A DNA stretch of 64,000 nt from Oceanispirochaeta sp. (GCA_963666275.2 CAXXOA010000002.1:1824001-1888000); one strand, 5' to 3'; shown: positions 30,874 to 40,987, numbered from the stretch's first letter. A program made the numbers and translations. Notes: generated by a model from the sequence alone, not told the origin.

Positions 30874-31826
30874 TTCCCCTTCTCCTGACCCTTCTGGGGG
30901 CCTGCCGTTCCAGTTCGGACGGACTGTATGATGACAGGGATCTCAGGGAGGATATGAGGAGTTTTGTCAGGGGGATCTCAAGCTATGGAAAAGGAATCTC
31001 ACCCGGGTTCATCATAATACCCCAGAACGGTCAGGAACTGGTTTCTCTGGATGGGGAGCCTGACGGACCCGCTGCGGCAGACTATCTTGCCGCCATAGAC
31101 GGCACAGGGCGGGAGGATCTTTTTTACGGTTATACAAAGGATAACAGCGCCACACCGACGGATGAGAGGGACTACCTGCTGGATTTCTGCCGGATCTTTT
31201 CGGAAAAGGGGAAGAGGGTTCTTGTGACTGACTACTGCTGGGACAGTGATAAGGTTGACAATGCTCTGACTCTGAATGCTCAGGAGGGTTTTCTCTCTTT
31301 TCCGGCTCCCCGCAGGGACCTGAATACTGTTCCCGGTTATCCCGATCCCCTTCAGGGAGAGAACAGCCGGGATATTAGCGCTCTGGGTGAGGCTGAAAAC
31401 TTCCTCTATCTCCTGGACAGTGAGAATTATGCGGGGAAAAGCGAAATGATCAGCGCCCTGGCGGCGACAGATTATGATGTTCTGATTATAGATCTCTTTT
31501 TCAATGACCAGTCTCTGACAGGCGGGGATCTGGCCGCCCTTAAAGTGAAAGCCAACGGCGGAAAAAGGCTTGTCATCGCCTATATGAGCATAGGGGAGGC
31601 AGAGGATTACCGCTATTACTGGCAGTCCGAATGGGACCGTTTTTCCCCTTCCTGGCTGGATAAAGAGAATCCCGACTGGGAGGGGAACTACAAAGTCCAC
31701 TACTGGGATCCCGACTGGCAGGCCATTATATACGGTGGAAACGATTCCTATCTGGACAGAATCCTCTCGGCCGGTTTTGACGGGGTTTACCTGGATATCA
31801 TTGATGCCTTCGAGTACTTTGAATAG
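30846..31826 (+). CDS. TM1410/GH114-like putative polygalactosaminidase lipoprotein
   Basis: Lipobox LLGAC; IIPQNG, AYMSIGEAEDYRYYW, GFDGVYLDIID. Confidence 0.85.
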   Translation: MSKAYFRVLIPLLLTLLGACRSSSDGLYDDRDLREDMRSFVRGISSYGKGISPGFIIIPQNGQELVSLDGEPDGPAAADYLAAIDGTGREDLFYGYTKDNSATPTDERDYLLDFCRIFSEKGKRVLVTDYCWDSDKVDNALTLNAQEGFLSFPAPRRDLNTVPGYPDPLQGENSRDISALGEAENFLYLLDSENYAGKSEMISALAATDYDVLIIDLFFNDQSLTGGDLAALKVKANGGKRLVIAYMSIGEAEDYRYYWQSEWDRFSPSWLDKENPDWEGNYKVHYWDPDWQAIIYGGNDSYLDRILSAGFDGVYLDIIDAFEYFE

Positions 31827-31852
31827 TACAAGCACCTCTCATTTCTTATTGT

Positions 31853-31881
31853 AAAAGCCGGGTTTTTCTCCCGGCTTTTTT
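31853..31881 (+). terminator. Intrinsic terminator
   Basis: AAAAGCCGGG...CCCGGCTTTTT. Confidence 0.8.
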
Positions 31882-31973
31882 AAATTCTCCGGAATCTTCC
31901 TCAATTTTCCCCGGAAAGGAGGGGAATTCAGGTGAATTTCCCTTTACAGCCCGGAATTGATGTATTATTCTTA

Positions 31974-31999
31974 TATTGTACTAAGACATTAGTACAATA
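31974..31999. promoter_or_regulatory. YtrA-type operator
   Basis: Perfect 11-4-11 inverted repeat TATTGTACTAA gaca TTAGTACAATA directly upstream of YtrA-like gene. Confidence 0.8.
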
Positions 32000-32010
32000 G
32001 GATGTGAACC

Positions 32011-32445
32011 ATGGCTTTGAAAGAAGCGGATATCAGAAAACTGGACTTCTCTCTGGACCCCAAGAGCGGGGTTCCCTACTACAAACAGATCATTCTTCAG
32101 GTGGAACTCGCCATTGCGGACGGCCGCCTGGACAGGGGAGAGCAGCTGCCCACAGTGAGGGGGCTTGCGGTGGAGCTCCGGGTCAATCCCAATACGGTGG
32201 CGAGGGCCTACAATGAAATGGAGATCCGGGGAATTGTCATCACCCAGCAGGGAACGGGGACCTTCATCAGCGATAAAAAGGTGGAACTCGATGAGGTGGA
32301 ACGGGAGAGGATTCTGGGGCAGATTGTACGGCCTCTGATCAGTAAAGCCGGATCCTACGGATTCGAGGTTGAGGATCTTATCCGTTATCTGGAAGAGGTG
32401 AGAAGTGAATATACCAGGGCCGGGAAGCCTGAAAAAAAGGAGTAG
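32011..32445 (+). CDS. GntR YtrA-subfamily regulator
   Basis: PYYKQI..LPTVRGLA..VNPNTVARAY..QGTGTFI, short C-terminus. Confidence 0.93.
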   Translation: MALKEADIRKLDFSLDPKSGVPYYKQIILQVELAIADGRLDRGEQLPTVRGLAVELRVNPNTVARAYNEMEIRGIVITQQGTGTFISDKKVELDEVERERILGQIVRPLISKAGSYGFEVEDLIRYLEEVRSEYTRAGKPEKKE

Positions 32446-32449
32446 GAGT

Positions 32450-33544
32450 ATGAATGTATTCCAGCAGAAACTGGAAAGGATTAAGAATCAGAAAAAGGCG
32501 GTGCTTAAAAAAGACTATACCTACAATGCCTTCTCTTTTCTGATCCTCGGTATTTTTCTTGCCGCCGGTGTGGTGGTTCAGAACTATTCGGGCGAAATCT
32601 TTGATCTGGAGGAGATCGTCACCTATTGCGGCGGCATCCTGGGAGCGGGAATCATCCTGATGATGCTCCCCATGTGGGTGATGTCGGTTCTGATGATCAT
32701 GGCCTGCTGGCTTATCCTGCCGGTGGAGTTTTCCACGGGATATTACCCTCTGGCCATCTTCTCCTCTCTGGGAATCCTTCTCTCCGCATCTATGGAGCTG
32801 ATCTATCAGTGGGATAAGGTGGTGGTTCTTCGGATGGGAAAGTTCAAAAACGTCCACGGACCGGGGCTGTTTGTTCTTTTTCCTCTGATCGACCGGGTGG
32901 CGGAGTATGTGGATACCCGTATCAGGGTCACCGATTTCAGCGCTGAAAAGACGATTACGAAAGATACTGTCCCTGTGCATGTGGATGCCCTGTGCTTCTG
33001 GATGATCTGGGATGCCAGGCAGGCTGTTCTGGAGGTGGAGAACTATCAGGAGGCTGTGAGCCTGTCTGCTCAGACCGCGCTGCGGGATGCCATCGGAAGG
33101 AATGATCTGAGCACTCTCCTTTCGGGCAGGGAGGAACTGGGCGGAGAGATCCAGAAGGTTCTGGATGCCAAAACCAATTCCTGGGGAATTACAATTCTGT
33201 CCATTGAGTTTACCGATGTGATCATCCCCCGGGAACTGGAGGATGCAATGAGTAAAAAAGCTCAGGCGGAAAGGGAAAAGCAGTCCAGGATCATCCTGAG
33301 CGAAGCGGAAAAAGAGGTGGCCCGGCATTTCAGGGAGGCTTCCGAGATCTATGAGGGCAGCAGTGACGCCATGCAGCTGAGAGCCATGAATATGGTGTAT
33401 GAAGGCATACGGCAGAAAGGCTCTCTCATGGTGCTGCCCTCCAGTGCGCTGGACAGTATGAATCTGGGTACCACCATGGGGATGGCCGCATATCATGAAA
33501 AGACCCTGGAGAAAGGACCAAGTGAGGGAGGCGAGAAATCATGA
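32450..33544 (+). CDS. SPFH/stomatin-family protein with extra N-terminal TM helices
   Basis: VVLRMGK..GPGL, TKDTVPVHVDA, AQTALRDAIG, AQAEREK, AMQLRAM. Confidence 0.92.
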   Translation: MNVFQQKLERIKNQKKAVLKKDYTYNAFSFLILGIFLAAGVVVQNYSGEIFDLEEIVTYCGGILGAGIILMMLPMWVMSVLMIMACWLILPVEFSTGYYPLAIFSSLGILLSASMELIYQWDKVVVLRMGKFKNVHGPGLFVLFPLIDRVAEYVDTRIRVTDFSAEKTITKDTVPVHVDALCFWMIWDARQAVLEVENYQEAVSLSAQTALRDAIGRNDLSTLLSGREELGGEIQKVLDAKTNSWGITILSIEFTDVIIPRELEDAMSKKAQAEREKQSRIILSEAEKEVARHFREASEIYEGSSDAMQLRAMNMVYEGIRQKGSLMVLPSSALDSMNLGTTMGMAAYHEKTLEKGPSEGGEKS

Positions 33545-34221
33545 TAGAGATCAAAGGCGTAAAAAAAGCCTACAAAACCGGTGAGACCGAAGTCAAAGCC
33601 CTTAAAGGGGTGGATCTGACAATAGAAAGCGGTGAGTTTATTTCCATTGCCGGACCATCCGGCTCGGGGAAGACAACCCTGATGAACCTGATCGGGTGCA
33701 TCGATACCCTGGATGAGGGAGAGATCGCCATTGAGGGGCAGGTCGTCTCTTCCCTGGGGAAGGAGGAAAAAACAGCCTTCCGCAGGGAGAAACTGGGATT
33801 TATCTTTCAGAGCTACAATCTGATTCCCGTTCTGACAGCCTATGAAAATGTGGCTTTTGCCCTGCAGCTTCTGAATGTTCCCGAGGGTGAAATCCGGGAG
33901 AGGACCATGCTTATGCTTCGGGAAGTGGGGCTGGAAGGGATGGAAAACCGCCGTCCCGGGAAACTTTCGGGAGGACAGCAGCAGCGGGTCGCCATTGCCC
34001 GGGCTCTTGTGAAGAATCCTGTGATTGTCCTGGCCGATGAACCCACAGCCAATCTGGATTCCCATACGGGAGAGGACATTCTGAAACTCATGGCGGATAT
34101 GAATATGAAGCATGGTACCACCTTTGTCTTCTCCACCCATGACAAAATGGTCATGGAGTTTGCCAAACGCCTTGTGTATCTTCATGACGGGGAGTTCCAG
34201 TCGGATACGGGGAGGCGCTGA
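33541..34221 (+). CDS. LolD/MacB-like ABC ATPase
   Basis: GPSGSGKTT, GFIFQSYNL, LSGGQQQRVAIARAL, ADEPTANLD. Confidence 0.95.
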   Translation: MIEIKGVKKAYKTGETEVKALKGVDLTIESGEFISIAGPSGSGKTTLMNLIGCIDTLDEGEIAIEGQVVSSLGKEEKTAFRREKLGFIFQSYNLIPVLTAYENVAFALQLLNVPEGEIRERTMLMLREVGLEGMENRRPGKLSGGQQQRVAIARALVKNPVIVLADEPTANLDSHTGEDILKLMADMNMKHGTTFVFSTHDKMVMEFAKRLVYLHDGEFQSDTGRR

Positions 34222-34222
34222 T

Positions 34223-35470
34223 ATGACATTTCTGCCTTCTTTAGCCATGAAAAATCTTTTCCGCTATACAAGGAGGACCATGATCACATCAGCGGCCATC
34301 GCTTTCGGCATTATGATCTTTCTGCTGATGGACTCCCTGCTGGGGGGGATCAGAGAGGACTCGGAGAGGAATCTGATCTGGTACGAAACCGGTTCCGCCG
34401 CTTTCTTCCATCCCGAATACTGGGAGGATCATTCTCTGCTGCCGGTAGACCGTCCTGTGGAGGATCCTGAGAGCCTGATTGTCAAAATGCAGGAGCAGGG
34501 AATTCCCGCGGTTCCCCGCATTGAGTTTGCTGCAGATATGATTGTCTATCAGGATCCCTTTCCCGAGTACGGAAACATACAGGTGAAGGCCATCGGGATA
34601 GACCCGGAGAGGGATGACAGTGTCTTCCGTCTGAAACAGACCCTGGTAGAGGGACGTTATCTGAAATCTGATGAAGAGGGCGTCCTGATCGGCCAGTGGC
34701 TGGCCCGGGATCTGGGCGCTCAGGTGGGATACCCTCTGACCCTGGTGACCCGGACCATGGACGGCTACTTTCAGACCATGGATCTGGAAATTGTGGGGAT
34801 CCTTCTCAGTGATAATCCTGTGGTGAACCGCTACGGCTTGTATCTTCCGCTGGAAACTGTTCGCTATGCTCTGGATATGAACGGCTTTGCCACCGGGGTC
34901 TATACATCCCTTCCCCGGGGAAAGGGGGAGGTTCCGGGACTCGCCCGGATGGAAGAAGCGGCGGAACCTCTGGGGCTGGAGGTCCTTGACTGGAGAGTAA
35001 TGGGAAAGGACTTTGTGGCTCTGGCGGAAGCCAAATCACAGGGGAGCAGTACCATCCTTTTTCTGGTGTTCCTGATTGCCGCCGTAGGGATCTCCAATAC
35101 GATCCTGATGTCCATTATGGAGCGGGTGAGGGAGCTGGGGATGATGCGGGCTCTGGGAATGAAGAACTCTCAGATCCGCCGGATGTTCCTTATGGAATCC
35201 GGAGGAATCGGGTTTTTCGGGGCTCTGGGAGGAGTTTTCCTGGGGGCTCTGATCAATATTCCTCTGGTACGGAGAGGGATTGATTACTCCTCTATCATGG
35301 AAACGGGTGATATGGGCTACCGGGTCGCGGGGATTGTCTACGGGGCCTGGTATCCGGGGACATTTCTGACGGCTTTTGCTGTAGGCCTTTTCATCGCTCT
35401 TCTGGTGGCCTGGTTTCCCACGAGGCGGGCTCTGAAGCTTGAAATCCCCGACTGTCTCAGGTTTATTTAA
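34223..35470 (+). CDS. LolC/E (FtsX/MacB) family permease
   Basis: KNLFR..RRT N-terminus, large periplasmic loop, SIMERVRELGMMRALGM. Confidence 0.9.
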   Translation: MTFLPSLAMKNLFRYTRRTMITSAAIAFGIMIFLLMDSLLGGIREDSERNLIWYETGSAAFFHPEYWEDHSLLPVDRPVEDPESLIVKMQEQGIPAVPRIEFAADMIVYQDPFPEYGNIQVKAIGIDPERDDSVFRLKQTLVEGRYLKSDEEGVLIGQWLARDLGAQVGYPLTLVTRTMDGYFQTMDLEIVGILLSDNPVVNRYGLYLPLETVRYALDMNGFATGVYTSLPRGKGEVPGLARMEEAAEPLGLEVLDWRVMGKDFVALAEAKSQGSSTILFLVFLIAAVGISNTILMSIMERVRELGMMRALGMKNSQIRRMFLMESGGIGFFGALGGVFLGALINIPLVRRGIDYSSIMETGDMGYRVAGIVYGAWYPGTFLTAFAVGLFIALLVAWFPTRRALKLEIPDCLRFI

Positions 35471-35480
35471 GGAGGACTCC

Positions 35481-36710
35481 ATGAAACTCAGTACCATTGC
35501 GATCAGAAATATATTCAGAAACAGGAGAAGGAGTATCCTTTCGGGGACAGCCATTGCTGTCGCCGCCATGAGTATCGTTCTTCTTTTCTCTTTTATCGCC
35601 GGTATGATCGACGATATGCAGTACAATTTCCATACCTACACGACCGGTGCGGTGCGGATAAGAAACAGGGACTTTTCAAGGTACGAACGCCTGAATCCCA
35701 TGCATCTGACCGTGGATGTTTCCGACGGCCTGATGGAGGATCTGAAAAAGGAAGAGGGGATCTCTGAAATGAGTCCCCGGATCGGATTTCCCACAAGGAT
35801 CTACAGGGACGGGGAAAATTACAATGCCTTCGGCACGGGAGTGGATTTTGCTACGGAAGTTTCCTATCAGAAACTGGGACCCGAGCTGATACCGGAGGGG
35901 CGGATTCCCGAGGCCGGTGCCAATGAAGTCCTGATAGGATACAAACTGGCCGAAGAGGTAGGGGTAGGACTGGGAGATAAAATTACAATCCTCTCCTCCA
36001 CTGCCGCCAGAGGCACCAATGCCATCACCTTTACCATCGTAGGGCTTCTGGCCTATCCCATGGAAGGGCTTAACAATACCACCATTCTGGCTCCTCTTGA
36101 CCGGGTTCAGTACTTTCTGAGGATGCCCGGACAGGTGCAGGAAATTATCATGAAGGTGACTGAAGGAGTGGATTCCACTGCTCTGGCAGAGAGGCTGCGG
36201 GAAAAATACTCTGACAGATACGGTATTGAGATCAAGGGCTGGAAGGAGCTGGAGACAAGTTACTCTTTTATTGAAATGGCCCAGACCATCTATGACATCG
36301 TGGCATTCTTCTTTTTCATTCTGGGCAGTTCTGTGATTCTGAACACAACCATCATGGTAATTTTCGAAAGGATGAGAGAGATCGGGACCATGAGCGCCAT
36401 GGGCATGTCGGGCCGGGATCTGGTACGGCTGTTTTTTATCGAAGCTTTTTTCATAAGCGTGGCCGGATCTTTTATAGGCGTGCTCCTGGGTATGGGTTTT
36501 ACCCAGATCCTCTCTTATGTGGGAATCAATTTCGGGGAAGCCATGGAGGGAGTGGATTTTGAGATCTCCACGATCCTCTATCCCAAGCTGAATCTGAGGT
36601 CTACCGTGGTGGTCTTCTTCTATTCTGTCATTGTGGCTTCGGTCACAGCGATCCTTCCGGCCCGGAGAGCCAGCCGGATAGAACCGGTAGATGCCCTCAG
36701 GGCTGTGTAA
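35481..36710 (+). CDS. LolC/E family permease
   Basis: RNIFRNRRRS, ERMREIGTMSAMGM, PARRASRIEPVDALR. Confidence 0.9.
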   Translation: MKLSTIAIRNIFRNRRRSILSGTAIAVAAMSIVLLFSFIAGMIDDMQYNFHTYTTGAVRIRNRDFSRYERLNPMHLTVDVSDGLMEDLKKEEGISEMSPRIGFPTRIYRDGENYNAFGTGVDFATEVSYQKLGPELIPEGRIPEAGANEVLIGYKLAEEVGVGLGDKITILSSTAARGTNAITFTIVGLLAYPMEGLNNTTILAPLDRVQYFLRMPGQVQEIIMKVTEGVDSTALAERLREKYSDRYGIEIKGWKELETSYSFIEMAQTIYDIVAFFFFILGSSVILNTTIMVIFERMREIGTMSAMGMSGRDLVRLFFIEAFFISVAGSFIGVLLGMGFTQILSYVGINFGEAMEGVDFEISTILYPKLNLRSTVVVFFYSVIVASVTAILPARRASRIEPVDALRAV

Positions 36711-36775
36711 AAGACCTGAAAATTTGATTTAAATATAGATGCCCCGGAACAAACGGGGTTTAAAGGAGTTATACA

Positions 36776-37516
36776 ATGAGAATCCTGATTCGTATATTTA
36801 CCGTCCTCTGGCTGGGCAGCAGCCTTTCCATGCTCTTCGGTATCAGCGCTGAAGATATTGTCAGGGAGATGGACAGGAAGCAGAGTTTTTCCACCATGAA
36901 GGCTGCCGGCTCGATGATAACCAATGACAGGTTCGGAACAAAGGTCAGCGACTTCATCAGCTGGTCCCGGGGAAATGACGATTTCCTTATTGAGTTTACC
37001 AGCGCTGCCGAGAAGGGACAGAAGGTCCTCCGTACGGCCAGCGAACTCTATCTCTACTATCCTGATGCGGAGGAGATCATCCGTCTTCAGGGCGCGGCGC
37101 TCAGACAGTCCATGCTGGGGTCGGATATCTCCTATGAAGATATGACCGAAGGGAATGATACTCTGAGCAAATACGATGTGGAACTGACCGGTGAGGAGTC
37201 TGTGGGGGGAGAGGACTGTTACGTGATCGAAATGATAGCCAAATCCCGGGATGTGGCCTATCCCAGACAGATTGTCTGGGTTGTCAAAGACTCTCTGGTT
37301 CCGCAGCAGGTTCAGTATTTTTCCAAGTCGGGAAAGCTCCTGAAAGAGATGAGGGTCAATGCTATCCAGAGTGTGGGTGACAAATTCGTCATTACCAGGA
37401 TGACCCTGGAGGACAAGCTGAAAAAGAACTCCAGTACCGAACTTGTGATCGATTCTCTGGAAACCGATACCAACCTGGGACGGGATTTTTTCTCTCTGGA
37501 CAATCTGTCCTGGTAG
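36776..37516 (+). CDS. LolA-like outer-membrane lipoprotein-sorting protein
   Basis: Signal peptide; EKGQKVLR, LYLYYP, SMLGSDISYEDM, YPRQIVWV, GKLLKE. Confidence 0.85.
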   Translation: MRILIRIFTVLWLGSSLSMLFGISAEDIVREMDRKQSFSTMKAAGSMITNDRFGTKVSDFISWSRGNDDFLIEFTSAAEKGQKVLRTASELYLYYPDAEEIIRLQGAALRQSMLGSDISYEDMTEGNDTLSKYDVELTGEESVGGEDCYVIEMIAKSRDVAYPRQIVWVVKDSLVPQQVQYFSKSGKLLKEMRVNAIQSVGDKFVITRMTLEDKLKKNSSTELVIDSLETDTNLGRDFFSLDNLSW

Positions 37517-37527
37517 CCTTTATGGAT

Positions 37528-37676
37528 GGTTCGGGAAATCCTGAGTTTTCCCGAACCTCACCCCCGGCTCCTCTCCTCTGGTTGCATAGGCGAGCAGGAA
37601 GCTTGCTTCCGACCAGCCCGCAAGGAGAGGGGAGAAGAATCGTTCGGTGTAGGATATGCGGATCTGCATTCCCTAC
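37528..37676. repeat. Cluster of REP-like palindromes inside the operon
   Basis: GGTTCGGGAAA/TTTCCCGAACC hairpin; CTCCTCTCC...GGAGAGGGGAG element; GTAG-type GTAGGATATGCGGATCTGCATTCCCTAC (37649-37676). Confidence 0.6.
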
Positions 37677-37694
37677 TGTGATAGGTGTAAAATT

Positions 37695-38945
37695 ATGAAA
37701 TTTCTGTTTCTGTTATCCATGAAGAATCTGTTCCGATACAGAAAAAGGACTATTATCACCAGTGCCGCTCTGGCAGCGGGGGTGATGATCTATATCCTGA
37801 TGGATTCGATGATCGCCGGCAGTATGGATATGTCCGAAGACAATATCCTCAAATATGAATACGGTCATGGAAGCATTACAACCACCCAGACCTGGGAGGA
37901 CCGGGATTATCTGCCTCTGGACTCTCCCATACCCGACGGGGTTTCTCTTGCAGATGAACTGAACGGACAGGATGGTATATCTGCGGCCCCCCGGACTCAG
38001 TTTATGGGGGATATGATCCTCTATAAGGATCCCTTTCCCGAGGATGGCAATATGCAGGTTGTTCTCACAGGGATCGATCCGGAGAGAGACCGCCGGGTTT
38101 TTGACCTGCCGGGCTCCCTCTCGAAAGGCCGCTGGCTGGAATCCGGAAAAGATCAGGTTGTGATCGGAAGCTGGATGGCATCGGAGATCGGAGCGGACAT
38201 CGGATACTATGTCACAGTGGTCTGCCGGACAAGAGACGGCTACTATCAGACCATGGATCTTGAAATCGCAGGGATCCTGGACACTCCCAATCCCACGGTG
38301 AACCGGCTGTCCATGTTCATTCCTCTGGATACGGCGGACTATGCCCTGGATATGGCCGGTGGAGTGACTGAAATCGTTGTGAAACTTCCAGGAGACCGGG
38401 AGGTGGATTCCCGGGAGAAGAAACAGGTTCAGGAACTCCTTCCTCCGGATCTGGTCTATCACAGCTGGAAGGAACAGGCTCTGGTGTACATTGCCGCTTC
38501 CAATGGAGACAGGTACAGCACTGTGGTGATCCTTTTTCTGATCTTTATCATTGCCGCTGTGGGCGTTTCCAATACCATGCTTATGTCTGCCATGGAGCGG
38601 ACCCGTGAGATGGGAATGATGAGGGCCATGGGAATGCGGGACCGGGATCTGAAGAGGATGTTTCTTATGGAGGCTGCGGGGATAGGATTCCTGGGTTCTC
38701 TGCTGGGGATTGTTCTGGGTTCCCTGGGGAATATCCCTCTGGTACTGAAAGGAATTCCCCTGCCCGCATCGACCGATCAGTACGATATGGGATACCGGAT
38801 TTCCGGAGCCATGTGGGGGGTCTGGAAACCGGAGACCATGATCTTCTCCCTACTGCTGGGAATGGCGATTACAATTCTGGTTTCACGGCTTTCGGTACGG
38901 AAAATTCTGAAGTTTTCCATTGTAGAAGATTTACGGCACTACTGA
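37695..38945 (+). CDS. Third LolC/E family permease, paralog of 34223 gene
   Basis: Shares DPFPE.GN.QV...GIDPERD and RT.DGY.QTMDLEI with 34223..35470. Confidence 0.9.
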   Translation: MKFLFLLSMKNLFRYRKRTIITSAALAAGVMIYILMDSMIAGSMDMSEDNILKYEYGHGSITTTQTWEDRDYLPLDSPIPDGVSLADELNGQDGISAAPRTQFMGDMILYKDPFPEDGNMQVVLTGIDPERDRRVFDLPGSLSKGRWLESGKDQVVIGSWMASEIGADIGYYVTVVCRTRDGYYQTMDLEIAGILDTPNPTVNRLSMFIPLDTADYALDMAGGVTEIVVKLPGDREVDSREKKQVQELLPPDLVYHSWKEQALVYIAASNGDRYSTVVILFLIFIIAAVGVSNTMLMSAMERTREMGMMRAMGMRDRDLKRMFLMEAAGIGFLGSLLGIVLGSLGNIPLVLKGIPLPASTDQYDMGYRISGAMWGVWKPETMIFSLLLGMAITILVSRLSVRKILKFSIVEDLRHY

Positions 38946-38968
38946 AAAATCCGCAAGGAGATTTATTG

Positions 38969-40135
38969 ATGAAAAAAGCACTGTTTCTGTTCATCCACTT
39001 TCTGCTGGCTGTTTCTCTCTGGTCCGAACCGGAGCAGACTCTCAGTCTTGAACTGACCGATGCCCTCTACAGGGGGGAAGAGGACTGGTACTTTGCCGGT
39101 ACCGGCCAGGCCAGCCTGAATATACAATCGCCCCGGGACCCCCATGTCCAGGGAGCTCTTGTACTGGATTTCATTCCTGTTGATCTGTCAGGGGTAGAGC
39201 CGGCTGTGCCTGTCTCTCATATGAACGTGAAGAAGGCCTATGTGAAAGCCCGGTTTCCGGGACTGCGCATGACCCTGGGCAAGACAAGGCTGGCCTGGGG
39301 GGACGGAGTGGTTTTCAACTCGGGGGATATCCTTTTCGGGAGTCTGAATCCGATCCTGGATCTGACCCGGCAGGAACTGCGCTCCGATACGGCCTGGCTC
39401 ACAGCTCTGAACATTCCTCTGGGGCCTTTTGCTTTTGTGGAGGGAGTGGTCCTTCCTCCGGGATATGACCTGAGCAATCCTTCCAACCCCGGTGCGGGAG
39501 ACATGAGCAGAACCTCCGCCGGAGGCCGTCTCTATTTCACAGTCCTGAATACCAAAGTGGAGTTCGGCTACCTGTACAAAGGGGAGGAGAAGGTTGCCAT
39601 CGATGTGATCGGACACCGTCCCTATCTGAGCCTCCAGGGAAATATCGGTCCCGACTGGTACCTTTCCAGCTCGGCGGCATTCCTCTCGGAGCAGCAGAAG
39701 AAGGACGGTTCCGAGGCGGAATGGGAGGACAGCTGGAATATTAGTTTCGGTCTTTTTCATCTGCAGGAGGTAAACCGGAATAATACACTCACCTTCCGTC
39801 TGGAGTCGCTCTGGTTTCCCTATCAGGAGTGGGAGGAAAAGGATGTAAGAAACACCATTTACGGGGTATTCCTCTATCCCGAAATCACATGGCAGAGAGG
39901 GGACGCGGTCACTTTCTCACTTCAGTCTGTCCTGTCTCCGCTGGATGTTTCCGCCATGATCACCGCCGGGGCGGGATGGAACATCTACCAGGGACTGACT
40001 CTGCAGGCCTATCTTTCGGGATTTACAGGAGAAAAGTCAGATACCTTTGCCTGGGACCGGGGCGATCAGTGGCTCTCCGGGCAGGATGCGGTCAACGGAA
40101 TATCCCTGATGACAGGGGTAAGGTATACATTTTAA
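38969..40135 (+). CDS. Putative outer-membrane beta-barrel protein
   Basis: Signal peptide, KKAYV..GKTRLAWGDG..F, alternating beta-strand pattern, C-terminal GVRYTF. Confidence 0.7.
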   Translation: MKKALFLFIHFLLAVSLWSEPEQTLSLELTDALYRGEEDWYFAGTGQASLNIQSPRDPHVQGALVLDFIPVDLSGVEPAVPVSHMNVKKAYVKARFPGLRMTLGKTRLAWGDGVVFNSGDILFGSLNPILDLTRQELRSDTAWLTALNIPLGPFAFVEGVVLPPGYDLSNPSNPGAGDMSRTSAGGRLYFTVLNTKVEFGYLYKGEEKVAIDVIGHRPYLSLQGNIGPDWYLSSSAAFLSEQQKKDGSEAEWEDSWNISFGLFHLQEVNRNNTLTFRLESLWFPYQEWEEKDVRNTIYGVFLYPEITWQRGDAVTFSLQSVLSPLDVSAMITAGAGWNIYQGLTLQAYLSGFTGEKSDTFAWDRGDQWLSGQDAVNGISLMTGVRYTF

Positions 40136-40153
40136 GGTTTTCGGGGAAACGGT

Positions 40154-40987
40154 TTAATAGTTATGGAGGCTGCCGCTGCCTGTGATGCGGATACCTCTGA
40201 GGCGGCTCCCCTCCTGTAGATAGATATCTCCCGATCCTGTGATGATCACATCTGTCTCCCCCGAAACAAATCCCGGGCTGTGAAAATTGCCCGAACCCGT
40301 AGTCTGTATAGCAGATCTTTCACTGCTGCCGGAGAGCTCCATATCGCCACTTCCGGTCTGCAGGGTTTTCAGCTCTTCCGTGGTCAGAGCCAGCCGGATA
40401 TCTCCCGAACCGGTTGCCGCCAGTTCTGTTCTGATGCCACCGGCACTGTCTATCCGGATATCTCCCGAGCCTGTTGTTTTCAGGTTCAGCCTCTCTCCTT
40501 TGACCGAACCCACTGTGATATTACCGGAGCCTGTGGTTTTCAGTATCACCTCCATGGCTTCCAGGCCTCCCATCTCAAGATCCGCTGATCCCAGGGTACT
40601 GACCGTTGTCCGGCTGTTGGTCCAGGTATCATTGGATCGGACCCTTCCGGATGCGGAAACTGTGAGTTCTTCAATCTGCGGAAGCGTCAGAATCAACCGG
40701 ATATTGTCAGTGCGGAAAAGGGACAGTCCGGGATGTTTCTCTTCAATGATCAGGGTCCCTCTGCTGTTGCGGATACTGATATGACCCAGAGCGCTCCGGG
40801 GGATATCCGCCTCCACCTGACAGCGCGAGTCCTGCTCGATAATCACATCCGCGGGAACATCAATCCGGATCGAGGAGAAATTGCCGTAGTCCCGGCGCTC
40901 TCTGATGTCGTCTGTATCTCCGCTGCTCCAGCAGGCTGCGGCTATCATTAAAAGCCCTGCCAGGAGTGCTGCTCTTTTTCTATCCAT
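40154..40987 (-). CDS. DUF2807 (GIN-domain) beta-helix exported protein
   Basis: Repeated TGSG.I motifs at 19-aa spacing; signal peptide. Confidence 0.85.
   Translation of the reverse strand: MDRKRAALLAGLLMIAAACWSSGDTDDIRERRDYGNFSSIRIDVPADVIIEQDSRCQVEADIPRSALGHISIRNSRGTLIIEEKHPGLSLFRTDNIRLILTLPQIEELTVSASGRVRSNDTWTNSRTTVSTLGSADLEMGGLEAMEVILKTTGSGNITVGSVKGERLNLKTTGSGDIRIDSAGGIRTELAATGSGDIRLALTTEELKTLQTGSGDMELSGSSERSAIQTTGSGNFHSPGFVSGETDVIITGSGDIYLQEGSRLRGIRITGSGSLHNY

Noticed and set aside
34223..38945. Recent DNA duplication or assembly repeat of the permeases
   Set aside because: Similarity is patchy at protein level, consistent with old paralogy
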